64,000 nucleotides of DNA, from positions 3,348,001 through 3,412,000 of the forward strand of contig NC_043021.1 in assembly GCF_006345805.1 (NCBI RefSeq). The letters are read 5' to 3'. Position numbers and translations under genes: made by a program. The notes beneath the pieces were generated by a model. The model was not told the origin of the DNA and ran no database searches. It worked only from the letters and a program-made list of their open reading frames with translations. Below, in pieces: positions 30,524 to 43,281 of this stretch (its first letter is position 1; each line of letters begins with the position of its first letter). This DNA is from Octopus sinensis. Lineage: Eukaryota.

Positions 30524-33462
30524 CCTTTTTTCTGCTAATGCTCTTCAGAAAGACGCGCACTTAATTGCATTCTATTTATGAACCCTTCCCCAATCATAGG
30601 GTATTTATGCTCAGTCAATATCAAGTCCGTTTTGTTAGGGCGTTGCGATGCAAGAGGTAGGGTGCCGTTGAGTTACAAACACAATCTGGTTTAGATTTTT
30701 CTCTTAATGCCCGCACGGTAGTTATTCTAGGAGAGGTATGAATGTCGTAATATTTCATTTCCAACTCTCACTAAAATGCTGAGCTATTTTGCCTCAAATC
30801 AAGAGAGAAACCAATATTTCTTGACCAACGAAGCCGAACTCGGAATTGTCAGCGAGAGCAAGTGCATAAGGCCAGGGGAGATAACTCCAAATTGCTTAGC
30901 TTGCAACGATCTCAGTTCTGTTAAAAAATCCTTTCTTGTAAATTTGGAAGCATTTTTAATGGGGAGGCGAGCTGCAGAATCGTTACTGTGTCGGACAAAA
31001 AAATTAGCGGCATTTCTTCCAGCTCTTTACGTTCTGAGTTCAAATACCGCCGAGGTCAACTTTGTCTTTCATCCTTTCGGGGGCAATAAACTAAATTACC
31101 AGTCAAGTACTGCGGTCGATGTAATCGACCACCCTTTCCTCTAAAATTGCTGGCCTTGTGCCAAAACTTGAAACAATTCTTAGGGATTTAATGATTCCTT
31201 TAAAATAGAAACTAGAAGAAATCACGGCGGAGGTCGGGTGTTAGTAATCTGCCTAGCTTTGATTGTTAGTTACAGGGTAAGCGGTAAGGTCAAATGATAA
31301 CGGTGGACCTTAAGAACTGAAACGGAGAATATTAAAATCCTGGCGATCTTTTGTCTCTAGTCGATTTCCGTAAAAATTTTTTTTTTACATATGGGCTTGC
31401 GGGAACTTTTGAAGTAATATACATACATATACACATACACCGAGTAAAAAATTTCAGTTATCTCTTTCTTTCACACACACTAACAGAAGCACTTCACTTA
31501 CACAACATACTGTCTGTCTCCTACACCCCATCAAACACACACACATGTACATCAATGCTTGCCATGCACGGTAACTTCAAAAGAACTTCCCTCGTCATAC
31601 AATCGCTTTCTCTTAGTCTCTTTCGCTCTCATTACTTCAAAAGTTCCCGCAAGCCCATAGGTAAAAAAAAAAAAAAATTTTTACGGAAATCGACGGAAAG
31701 GTCTACTAGAGACGAAAGATTGCCCTCCATTTATTGTACACTTTTGAAAATCTAATGTGAAACTGGTCAAGTGTATTCCTGTATTTTAAAATATAATTCT
31801 AAATAATTCTAATATATTCTCTGCATTTTAAACTTCGTTTCTTCTATTCCTCTACTTATTTGGATTAATAACGATTTTTCTACACACACACTCAGAGTAT
31901 ATTCTCTTCTACTCTAGGCACAAGGGCCGAAATTTTGGGGGATGGGTCCAGTCGATTAGATTGACCCAGTACGCAACTGCTACTTAATTTATCGACCCCG
32001 AAAGGATGAAAGGCAAAGTCGACCTCGGCGGAACACACAGTATATTAAATTAATAAAGTGATATGAGACGATGGTTGTTGTCGCAGGGCCTAACTCAACG
32101 TGAAGCAAATACCATCATGAACAATATCCAAGCTAAAATGGAGACTGCAAACCACTGGATTTGGTTAAAAGATGACGAGCAATGACTAGACGAATAGGAT
32201 CTTTTCTTTTCAATGAAGCATAGTAGCTGGCTGACCAAAGCAAATGGGGCCTCATCTCAGTGAGAGGACCGGCGTGCAAAATGTACCTTCGAGAGGAAGT
32301 ATTCGAATCTGCGCATTCTCCCTCCATAGGCCTGCTAGTGTTCGGTATGCGAAGCTTTCGATTTGTAGCACTTGTATGTGCGAGTTGTTTGCAAGTTATG
32401 TAACATTTAGAAAAATTATAAAGACACCATGGCAGATGGTGAGCACGGCGAATATAATAAACAATTTCAAGCTTATTACAAAAAGAAAAAAATAGTCTGG
32501 ATCATTCAATAACGCAATGTTCTAGCAGAGTTCGATGATGGAGAAAGACGGACTGGAATGACATCTAAATATTCATCGTCATTAGACTTTCTGCACGAGA
32601 TAAGATTTTTGCGCACAACTTGCAAATGCCAGTGTTAGCAATTGAAAGCTCTGCATACCGGATGCTAGTATACTTACGGGGTTATCAAAAGAGAAGGCAC
32701 ACCATTTCGGGGCCTTCCTCCCAATGACATTATTGCGCACCGGCCTCAAAGAGATGAGGCCACGCTTGCTAGATCAACTTGTTATTAAGTTTCGTTCAAT
32801 ATTCTTCCAGCCATTGCTCATCGTCTCTTTTTAACCGAATCTAGTTAAATCTTGCTTAATCCACTGTATAGAGACGAAAGCTTTTCGAAAAAATATATAT
32901 CCAGGAACGTGGAATTCAGTTAAAGGAAAATTTCGATACATTCGTAGCCAGGTGATACCAGGTGAGCCGTTCTCATTCACCGAGCGTCTTTGACAAAACA
33001 AAAAATCCTAAGCGAAAGACAAAGAAAAATAAATTGTATTCTGATACCAACCTACCGGAGACCGACCTTGTTCAATGATACAAACTTCATTTAAAATTGA
33101 TCTAAATTAAAACCTCTCATAAAAAATGTCGTTATTATTTTATATTCCAAACACCAGCATAATAATGACATTGTCGTTTCATTAATTTCTTCATTGTTTT
33201 CAAAATTAATTGAAATAAAGGCGATGTATTACAACATAGATTTAGCAACGAAAGGGTTCCATAAATATCGCCGTTATTTGAGAGCGTTTCTTGTATAATT
33301 TGATCGTACGTTGAGTGGTAAGTCATAAAAATTGTTGTTGTCTTAATGTTTTAAACTTTTTAGAAATTAAGGAGGACAAGAGATATGAAATTACACTGGA
33401 ACTTTGGTAAACAATATCTATACAATGGGAATTTGACAACAAGGAATATTTTTTGCAATCGA

Positions 33463-33695
33463 TAGGCGCAGCTTGCTTACCAACCACATGGTTCCGGGTT
33501 CAGTCCCACTGCGTGGCACCTTGGGCAAATGTCTTCTACTATAAGTCGTGGGCCGACCAGAGCTTTGTGAGAGGAATTGGTAGACGGAAACTGAAAGAAA
33601 CCCGTCGTGTGTCTGTGTTTGTCCCCACCACCACCATCGCTTGACAACCGGTGCTGGTGTATTTACGTCCCCGTAACTTAGCGATTTGGCAAAAA
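33463..33695 (+). mobile_element. SINE family A, 3'-truncated
   Basis: Aligns to the family consensus. Confidence 0.8.
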
Positions 33696-34090
33696 GCCTT
33701 CATCAGGTATGTTGTGGACATTTCGAACCTGGGTCCTCATTCCTAAGGTATTTTTCGATGTTATTGTTGTTGTTGTTGTTGTTATTATTCAGGTTACTGC
33801 CTGGAATCGAACTCGGAATCTTGGGGTTAGTAGCCCGTGCTCTTAACCACTATACTATATGCTCCAGTGGTTCAGAGCATGGGCTATTAACCCCAAGATT
33901 CCGAGTTTGATTCCCGACAGTGACTTGAATAATAATATTAATAATAATAATAACATCGAAAAATACCTTAGGAATTAGAACCCAGGTTTGAAATTTCCCC
34001 AAGACACTTGATGAAGGCTGGAGGGTATATCAGCTGAAAATTTGTGTTAACGACAAACAAGATGAGGACAAATATCTGTCAAATGCAAAT
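33696..34090. mobile_element. Two head-to-head copies of a tRNA-headed SINE with (AAT/AAC)n spacer and hammerhead-like 3' part
   Basis: Minus copy 33696-33862, plus copy 33863-34090; A box (AGTGGTT.AGAGC) and B box (GAGTTCGATTCC); CTGATGA/TTGATGA at 33700-33706 (minus) and 34008-34014. Confidence 0.75.
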
Positions 34091-34514
34091 CATCATCATC
34101 ATCATCATTATCATCGTTTAGCGTTCGCTTTCCATGCTGGCATGGGTTGGACGGTTCAACTGGGGTCTGGGAAGCCAGAAGGCTGCACCATGCCCAGTCT
34201 GATCTGGCAGTGTTTCTACGGTTGGATGCCCTTCCTAACACCAACCACTTCATGAGTGTAGTGAGTGCTTTCTACGTGCCACGGGCACGGCGGCCAATCG
34301 GGGCGGCGCTGGCAACGGCCACGTTCGGATGGTTCTCTTATGTACCACCGGCACTGGTGGCACATAATACTGTACATAATTCCTCATCTCTTAAATATAG
34401 ATCTGTATAACCTTTATTTCAGAAGATAATAATGGCAGACCCTCAGCTTACTCAATAAATGAAGAGGCATGCTGTCATTGTGGTCATAAAGGCTGAGCAT
34501 AGCGATTTAGATAC

Positions 34515-34803
34515 TCTTTTACTTGTTTCAGTCATTTGACTGTGGCCATGCTGGAGCACCGTCTTCAGTCAAGCAAATCAACCCCAGGACTTATTCTTTG
34601 TAAGCCTAGTACTTATTCTATCGGCCTCTTTTGCCGAACTGCTAAGTTACAAGGACGTAAACACACCAGCATCGGTTGCCAAGTGATGTTGGGGGACAAA
34701 CACAGGCACACAAACATATACACACACATAAACGCACACATATATATATATATATATGTGTATATATATATATTATATATATATATGTGTATATATATAT
34801 ATA

Positions 34804-34852
<49 letters not shown>

Positions 34853-34865
34853 ATATATATATATA

Positions 34866-34890
<25 letters not shown>
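34515..34890 (-). mobile_element. SINE family A 3' half with a long (TA)n/(TG) expansion
   Basis: Tail and 3' body recognisable; ~150 bp of TA repeats. Confidence 0.75.
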
Positions 34891-34892
<2 letters not shown>

Positions 34893-34899
<7 letters not shown>

Positions 34900-35163
34900 A
34901 ATATGTAGAAAAATACAAACTGGGACAAGAACGTAAAACATTTAGAAGACGATACAAAAAACACGGACGGGACATTCGAAGCCTTCAATCATCAGTCAAG
35001 AATCGGATCATCCTAGCAATTTCAGCCAGCCAAAATTGCTAGGATGATCCGGTTCTTGACTGAAGATTGAAGGCTTCGAATGTCCCTTCCGTGTTTTTTG
35101 TATCGTCTTGTAAATGTTTTACGTTCTTATCCCAGTTTGTATTTTTCTACATATTTATATATA
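34893..35163. repeat. ~270-bp near-perfect palindrome (arms ~128 bp, ~5 mismatches, ~10-nt spacer)
   Basis: atatgtagaaaaatacaaactggga..ggatcatcctagcaattt / aaattgctaggatgatcc..cccagtttgtatttttctacatat. Confidence 0.92.
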
Positions 35164-35269
35164 GCGGCGTCCGTACCCTCGTTGGCCTTATGTAAGTATA
35201 TATATATATATACATGCATATATACAACAGGCTTCTTTTAGTTTCCGTCTACCAAATCAAGATATATAT

Positions 35270-36329
35270 ATCTTGATTTTCAAAAGTTGTCAGATCCTTT
35301 GTCTACCTAATTTGTAAGGAGCTAGAGACTGAAGATGGAAATGTATCACCAGTATCAAAACATAAAAAGCATTCTAAACACTCTGAAATCATCAGAACAC
35401 CGGAATTTATCCAACAAGTTCAACAGACCATTGATTACAATCCCAGAAAGTCCATGAGGTCAACTGCAAAAGATTTCCATGTGTCAGAAGGAACAGTCAG
35501 AAATGTTGTTCATGAAGACATCAGATACAAATCTCATATGATAAGGGAAGATCAGTTTGTCAGAAAAAGCAAAAGAAAATCACTACATAATGTCAGATTT
35601 TTAGATCTGAAAAATCCAACAGAAGATATGATTTGGTTTTTCTCAAACGAGAAAAATTTCAACCAAGATCAAAAAGTTAACAGAAGAAATGACAGATGGT
35701 TATGTACAGACCCTACTGAATTCCAAGTGTTATGCATACAAAATTTCTTGCAACTGTCATGGTTTTAGGGGTTGTCAGCAGTGAAGGACATGTGATGCCT
35801 CCTTACTTCTTTCCACAAGGCCTTAGACTTAAATCTGCTACCTACATTGAGGTCCTGGTAACAATTGTTAAGCCCTGAATAGACAGTATATTTAATGGAA
35901 GGCCATATGTGTTTCACTAAGACTGCACTATCACACATGGCTCTAGTAACACAAGAATGGATGGCTGAAAATTTCCATGATTACATAACCCTTAACATTT
36001 GGCCTCCTAATTCCCCTGCTCTCAATCCATTGGACTATTACATGTGGAGCGGCGTTGAGAGAGAGAGGTCAATGAACATGCTCATAATACCAAAGATTCT
36101 TTGAAAGCTGCCATAGTCAGAGTGATGTCCAAAATGAACCAGGACCACTTGAATTGAGCATGTAGATGATTTAGATCTCATACAGAAGCAATTGTTGACG
36201 CTGAAGGTTGCCTTATTGAATAACATTATAGAAAAGAAGGTTTATTTTTATTCTCATAGAATTTTTTGATAAAGTTATAGGTTTTTTTATAAATATAAAT
36301 CTGTCCTCAAATATCTTACACACCTTGTA
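35270..36329 (+). mobile_element. Decayed Tc1/mariner-superfamily transposon (maT/DD37D-like)
   Basis: WFFSNEKNF.QDQKVNRRNDRW, VLGVVSSEGHVMPPYFF and WPPNSPALNPLDYY motifs with frameshifts and stops; right end atatcttacacaccttg-TA; left TIR not found. Confidence 0.85.
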
Positions 36330-36337
36330 TATATATA

Positions 36338-36728
36338 TGGAATGGAAGCACTCCGTCGGTTACGACGATGAGGGTTCCGGTTGATCTGACCAACGGAACA
36401 GCCTGCTCGTGAAATTAACGTGTAAGTGGCTGAGCACTCCACAGACACGTGCACCCTTAACGTAGTTCTTCGGGGATATTCAACATGACACAGAGAGTGA
36501 CAAAGCCGGCCTTTTGAAATACAGGTACAACAGAAACAGGAAGAAAGAGTGAGAGAAAGTTGTGGTGAAAGAGTACAGCAGGGATCACCACCATCCCCTG
36601 CCGGAGCCTCGTGGAGTTTTTAGGTGTTTTCGCTCAATAAACACTCACAACGCCCGGTCTGGGAATCGAAACTGCGATCCTACGACCGCAAGTCCGCTGC
36701 CCTAACCACTGGGCCATTGCGCCTCCAC
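36338..36728 (-). mobile_element. SINE family B inserted in (TA)n at the mariner end
   Basis: Full length, flanked by TA repeats. Confidence 0.9.
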
Positions 36729-38773
36729 TATATATATATATCAGTTAAAAGAAAAAAAAAATGGAGATGAAGAATTTAACCATTATTATGATTTACAAAT
36801 TGGTCATCTTCATTTCTTACAGCTGTTTCAATCAATACTCAACAATTCAATTACAAATTTCTACATTAAATTTGCGTTTATGTGACAGGAGCATAATTTC
36901 ATCAGAGGACAAAAAAAAAAATGTACCTTTTCCTGTAGACTAAATATTACTGCTTATAATTTGTATCACTATCTTTCCTCAATCATCTCTATTTTTACTT
37001 CATTTATTTTACTTTATTCTTAATCATATTCTAATCAATTGGTAAACCCTTTACCTGAGCATATAATAATACAAATTACGGTTTATAAACTGTAATATTT
37101 AGTCTGCTGAAATGAATTCATAGGTCAGCATATAACATCTCAAGGTACCTCATTTTTTCTCTTTTCCTCTGATGAAATTATGCTCATGTCACATAAATGC
37201 AAATTTAATGCACAAATTTTTAATTAAATTATTGAGTATTAATTGAAATGGCTTAAGAAATGAAGATGATCAATTTGCTAATAATATATAATTGTTAACT
37301 TCCTTATTGCCATTTTTTCTTCTTTTAACTGGATATAAACTATATGCTTACTATATACCTACTGTTCTAAGGGAATTTCATTCCCCAACAATACTAGGTA
37401 TTGAACCAGTATTTCCTTGGATATAACCATCCCTTCATGAGGTTAACATATTCTCTAAATTTATACATATATAAATGGCGGTGCCCCAGAATGGCCACAG
37501 CTCGTGAGCTGAAACTAAATGAAATAATAAAAAAAATTTTTTAATAAGTATATATATATATATATATATATATATCATCATCATCATCATCGTTTAGCGT
37601 CCGCCTTCCATGCTAGCATGGGTTGGATGGTTCAACTGGGGTCTGGGAAGCCAGAAGGCTGCACCAGGCCCAGTTTGATCTGGCAATGTTTCTACGGCTG
37701 GATGCCCTTTCTAATGCCAACCACTCCATGAGTGTAGTGGGTGCTTTTTACGTGCATAGCTACATATGCATAGCTACAGATGTGTACTCCCCCCAACTTT
37801 GTTGCCTCATAACTTCCAGAAAAATGGATACTTTTTAATGAAATATTCAACAAATACTGCTTAGATGCTGTGGATTCAGGATATTTAGGGATTTATCAGA
37901 ACTAGATATGTTGTCTCCTCAGCAACACTCTAGAAACCTCTCAAGCATATTTTGTATTTACTTGTCCACCAATCACTTTGCAGACACATTTTTTGTGGTA
38001 CAAGCACAAATAAGATTGCCACCCAGCAAAACTGAAAAGCCCTCACTAAGGGGGTGACATAAGATGGGTTAGGGTAGAAGAAACCACAGTATGATGGTGT
38101 GGGGGGAGCAGGAAACTGATTTGGATGAGAAGATTGTACAGGAGGAAGATATGTGACAACTGAGAGGACAGATTAGTGGAAGAGGAGACAGCAAATAGGA
38201 AAAGAAGGAAGAGTAGTGATGAGAGATATTACGAGTGATGGATTTCAATAACAACTGATGTGGGTAGTCATGTATCTCCTCCACACCGAGGCATCTGTTT
38301 CTGTCTGTCTATTCATAATTTAACCTCTCATCATCTGGCACAAAACCACCTCCCTCAATACTACTTCTACTCAGAGGGGTTTTGTCTTGCTGCTGCTGCT
38401 GCTGCAATGTAAAAAGCACCCAGTATACTCAGAGAAATAACTGGAGTTGGCTGTGTGGTTAGGGAGCTTGCTTCCTAGCTACATGGTTTCGGGTTCAGTC
38501 CCACTGCGTGGCACTTTGGGTAGGTGTCTTCTGCTATAGCCCCGAGCCGACCGGAGCTTTGTGATTGAATTCGGTAGGTGGAAGTTACTGCCGTGTGTGT
38601 ATGTATGTGTATAGCTGCTCAGTGCCTCTCCGAAAGAGAGAGAGGAAAGGCATCTGGTCACAGAAACCCTGCCAGAGCAGACACTGAAGCGTTTGGCACA
38701 ATCTTCTGATTTTCCAGTTCCTGTCAAACCATCCAACCCATGCTAACATGGAAGGAGGACATTAAAAGACAAT

Positions 38774-39155
38774 TGGAAGAACTCCGTCGGTTACGACGAC
38801 GAGGGTTCCGGTTGATCCGAATCAACGGAACAGCCTGCTCGTGAAATTAACGTGTAAGTGGCTGAGCACTCCACAGACACGTGTACCCTTAATGTAGTTC
38901 TCGGGGATATTCAGCGTGACAGAGAGTGACAAGGCCGGCCCTTTGAAATACAGGTACAACAGAAACAGGAAGTAAGAGTGAGAGAAAGTTGTGGTGAAAG
39001 AGTACAGCAGGGATCACCACCATCCCCTGCCGGAGACTCGTGGAGCTTTAGGTGTTTTCACTCAATAAACACTCACAACGCCCGGTCTGGGAATCGAAAC
39101 CGCGATCCTATGACCGCGAGTCCGCTGCCCTAACCACTGGGCCATTGCGCCTCCA
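38774..39155 (-). mobile_element. SINE family B inserted in the tail of a family C element
   Basis: 14-bp TSD cattaaaagacaat at 38760 and 39156. Confidence 0.9.
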
Positions 39156-39496
39156 CATTAAAAGACAATGATGATGATGATGGAACAGAAGGAGTGAAGG
39201 CAAGTAGCCCCAAAATGCTGATGATTGGATATGAATAGATCTGATGCAATCCCTCATTACACAGGCATCATGATGGGAGAAAGAGAGAGCTAGAATGATA
39301 AGGAAGGTGATATGAGAGGGGGACTGAATAACGATCGATCCTGTGTCACCCCTCATTACACAAGTGGTGTAGTACAGTGAATAGGGGCACAGGTGAAAAA
39401 GATGAGAGGACATCGAAGAGAGAAGAGAAGGGGAAGCATATGAACACTCAACAAGGAAAATAATAATAATAAGAGATAGAAACTGTAGAACTATGT

Positions 39497-40397
39497 TATA
39501 CTAGCAGTATCGCCCGGCGTTGCTCGGGTTTGTAAGGGAAATAACTATAAAGCATTTTTAGAGAGTTATAGCCAAAAAATAGCAAAAAAATGCATTAAAA
39601 ATGGAAAAAATATGATGGTGAATTTTTTTTAAATCGTTGACTCATCGTAGACATTTTTAGAGAATTACTTCCCTTATATTAAAAAAAATATACATTAAAA
39701 TGGAAAAAAATGATGGTAAATTTTTTTTTAAATCGTAGACTCATCGTAGACGTGCGCTAATACCCAGAAGGGCTCGATATGAATCACGACTATAAGATAC
39801 CCGGTTTTGGTTAAACTACACCGCAAAATGTGGGAGTAGTTAGGAATCTAAATCAGAGTAGACAGACACACAACCTTACTTTTATATATAAAGACTAGCA
39901 GTATCGCCCGGCGTTGCTCGGGTTTGTAAGGGAAATAACTATATAAGCATTTTTAGAGAGTTACTTCCCTTATAGATGTCAATTCGGGCTTTCTTAGCCA
40001 TTTCTGTTTTGGTGTCTTCAAGCCATGGAGTCGTTGTTCTAAAAGAACGCTGGTCTCCTTGACAACGCTTTACGATGTTGATTTCCTTACACTCCCTTCC
40101 CCACAGCTTCACGAGGGAGGGAAGAAGGGGGAGAAGCAAACAGGTGCAGGTGTGACCATGGACGCCAACTCCGCCGCCATCGACACACGAAAATTTATGC
40201 ATTAAAATGGAATAAAAAAATGATGTTAAATTATTTTTAAAATCGTAGACTCATGCTAATACCCAGACGGGCTCGATATGAATCACGACTATAAGATACC
40301 CGGTTTTGGTTAAACTGCACCGCAAAATGTGGGAGTAGTTAGGAATCTAAATCGTAGGAGACAGACAGCACACAACCTCACTTTTATATATAAAGAT
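39497..40397 (+). mobile_element. Two tandem non-autonomous Helentron/Helitron-like (HINE/DINE-type) elements
   Basis: Each starts ACTAGCAGTATCGCCCGGCGTTGCTCGGG (internal inverted repeat) and ends TTTTATATATAAAGA; copies 39497-39894 and 39895-40397 abut directly. Confidence 0.7.
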
Positions 40398-41454
40398 ATC
40401 TAGCTGTAGCAACATTTTAACATTTGTTTCGCCATACTTGCACTGGCTTTTTTCTCCAGGACTATCACCAATCAACCGACTCCTTTGACATTCTCTTCAT
40501 GTGACTCAGCATCCTGAGATCTGTCTTCAGCACTTCCTTTTTCTGTCTTCCTAGATTTACCCCTTCTACAGCATCAATTCACTTTCAAACATTCAGCATT
40601 TCTTGTACAGCTCCCGACCTTCATAAACATCACGGGCCTATACGATGCTCTCTCTAACCCCATTTGGGTCCTATTTATGTATCACATATATTTTTAATAA
40701 TACTTCAGGTATTTTTTTTTTTCAAAGAAATTTTGAAAAGATCAATGACTAATCATTCCTGAATGACCCCCTCACCCTCCAAAGCATTCAACATCACTCA
40801 TTAACTCATTCTTTTCCTCTCATCTACCAATTACTATCACGGAAAATAAAATGCCTTATTTTAAAAAAAAAAATTTCTAAGTGATGCAACAACTGTAGCT
40901 AAAGAGACTTGCCAGTCCGCCTCATGGTCCCGGCCCACAAAATGGAAAAGGTGTTGCCCCAGAGGATGGCAAGGGAGATGTGCAAAAACAGTCACTCTGA
41001 CTCACAGGGCACTCACTTGTGGATAGCCATCTCTGCCTTGGTAGCAGTGACCACAGATGTAGTACAGGGGCCATCAACGTTAGGCCTCCACTTGTACACT
41101 CTGCTTCATTGCCCTTCTATCCAGTTTTTCTCATCTCGTGTAAATTCCATCTTTTATGCATACTTCAGCAGAGCATGCTCATTTAATTTCTCTCAAGTCT
41201 TTGCAAATATTCTGCCTCAGAAGCTGTAATTTCTACAAAAAAATAATCTTTCATCTTTTATTTATTTCATTCATTGAACCACGGCTTTGCTTGGGCATCA
41301 CCTTGAAGGGTTTAGTCGAATAAATCAACCCCATACTTTTATGGGGAGAAACATATATTTAGTCTATTTTTCTTTCTTTTTCACAGATTAAGAAAACCAA
41401 TAAACTACTAATTACAAAAGTTTAGAAAATTTGAAATTCTGAATTGAACCAACC

Positions 41455-43281
41455 ATGGGTCAACTGGCAAACCATTATCAGGTAGGGCCTTCACAGAAAC
41501 TTACTGCTGCAATTGGCAAACGTAAGGACTCTAAAGCATGTGGAGGAAGAACTGTGAATCCATTTATAGTGAAAGCTCTTATTTCCAAAATGGAACGTCA
41601 AGGAAAAATTGAACAGTATACATTAAAGAAACGAATAAATAATAATAGTTTGAGTCTGGAGAAAAGATATACAGAACTTTTCCCAAAACTACCAGAATAT
41701 AAGGATATGACAACTGAAAGACAGAAGCCTTTTAGTAAAACACTTTTCAAACGATTAGCACAAGTGTTAGTGGCTTTTTATCATCTTCTTCATAAAAAAA
41801 AAGTAACCAAAGTGTCCTTTTCCGAGATGCCATTTCCACGCAAACTGACAAGAGAATTTTCCATGCAACTATTTGAAAAGAAAAAGCCTCGTTCTATAGA
41901 AAGTGAAATACATGATGCTCAGAATCAGTGGCATGCAGCAATGAATATTGCAGCTCTTATGGCCAAGATGAGAGGAGACACACTGCTTACAGAAAGTGTA
42001 GCATCAACTACTGAAGATCTCTCTTTCAATCCTGGGTTTTTCAAAGTAGATAGAGAGACAACAATACTAAGCGAAGAAGCTCAAAATATTCTGAGACGCA
42101 TTCCAGAGAGAAGAACTCCTGAAGATGTAAAAATAGTTATCAACTGTCTTCAGAATGCTGGCCTTGCCTGTTTCTGCAACTACCCAGATGAAATTCAGAA
42201 GATGATTGCCAAAATAGCAGGCTATATGGTGGTGACACCTAAACGTGTAATCATTCGGCAAGGAATACGTGCTGAACACTTCTACTTCATTATTGGAGGT
42301 CGAGTGATGCTCTCAGAGAAAGATTATAAAATAGATGGGACAGAAACAGAAAAGACAACATTCTTACAGCCAGGTTCAAGTTTTGGAGAACAAGATATGG
42401 TAAACCACACACTTCGAAGATTTAGTGCTATCAGTGTCAACACAGTTCAGTTACTCACCATTGAACGGGAAGATATGCTAATGGAGTTCACAACTTATAA
42501 AGTTGACAAACAAGTACCAGACCATATTAAATTCCTTGCACATTGTAAATTTTTGCAATTCTGGCCAGTCGAGCGTTTAAGAAACAATTTGGAGCACTGT
42601 TTTGTATATTTTTTTAAAAGAGATGAATTGGTACTTGAAGATAGTCACAATACAGATTGGATTTATATAATGAAAAAGGGTATATGTAAGGTCGTCAAAA
42701 GATTAAAAAAACCACAAACACAACGTGTTAATATTGCCAATAATAGACTGAAATTCGTCTCAAATCCCAATTTTGAACAAATATTTAAATTACCACTAAA
42801 AAAAGCATATACAAATGCCAGGGTTTTAGATAACATAGAAGTTATTGATCCATTTGCAGACGATGGAGAGTTTTCTAAAATAGTTTCAAGCATTCCTTCA
42901 ACTGATAGATTATGCAACAAAACGAAGCAGGTAAATAACGATAACAATTATGTAAATGTGCAAATTGATTTGCTTAAATGTAGAGATGTTTTTGGTCTGG
43001 ACACATTGGTTTTTGATGAATATTACATACTTCCAGCCACTGATAGTGTTAGCCTAGTCAGTGGTGGGGCAGAAATAGTGTTGCTGTCAAAGAAATTCTT
43101 CATAAAAAATGCTTCTGAACTAGTGAAATGGCAGGTACGCAAACAAGCAAATAGCTATCCTAGTAACAATGACCTTGTTGTCAAACTAGAAAGTCAACAA
43201 ATGTGGAATGATTATAAAAAGAGTGTAATGTCAGAACTAGTGAGTGGAAAATTAAAACAAAGACCAAAAAGATGGAAATAA
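41455..43281 (+). CDS. Cyclic-nucleotide-binding-domain protein (CNBD1/CNBD2-like), 608 aa, copy 1; single coding exon
   Basis: ACC-ATG-G start with an in-frame TGA just upstream; acceptor tttcacag ends at 41386. CNB domain VIIRQG..HFYFIIGGRV..FGEQDMVNHTLRRFSA keeps canonical FGE-x8-R spacing. Second degenerate CNB domain (WIYIMKKG..VFGLD). AATAAA at 43503. Confidence 0.88.
   Translation: MGQLANHYQVGPSQKLTAAIGKRKDSKACGGRTVNPFIVKALISKMERQGKIEQYTLKKRINNNSLSLEKRYTELFPKLPEYKDMTTERQKPFSKTLFKRLAQVLVAFYHLLHKKKVTKVSFSEMPFPRKLTREFSMQLFEKKKPRSIESEIHDAQNQWHAAMNIAALMAKMRGDTLLTESVASTTEDLSFNPGFFKVDRETTILSEEAQNILRRIPERRTPEDVKIVINCLQNAGLACFCNYPDEIQKMIAKIAGYMVVTPKRVIIRQGIRAEHFYFIIGGRVMLSEKDYKIDGTETEKTTFLQPGSSFGEQDMVNHTLRRFSAISVNTVQLLTIEREDMLMEFTTYKVDKQVPDHIKFLAHCKFLQFWPVERLRNNLEHCFVYFFKRDELVLEDSHNTDWIYIMKKGICKVVKRLKKPQTQRVNIANNRLKFVSNPNFEQIFKLPLKKAYTNARVLDNIEVIDPFADDGEFSKIVSSIPSTDRLCNKTKQVNNDNNYVNVQIDLLKCRDVFGLDTLVFDEYYILPATDSVSLVSGGAEIVLLSKKFFIKNASELVKWQVRKQANSYPSNNDLVVKLESQQMWNDYKKSVMSELVSGKLKQRPKRWK

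Noticed and set aside
40909-41229. 106-aa and 101-aa ORFs upstream of the CNBD copies (also 43924-44229)
   Set aside because: No domain; the two copies differ by indels at both ends; better explained as regulatory or intronic sequence
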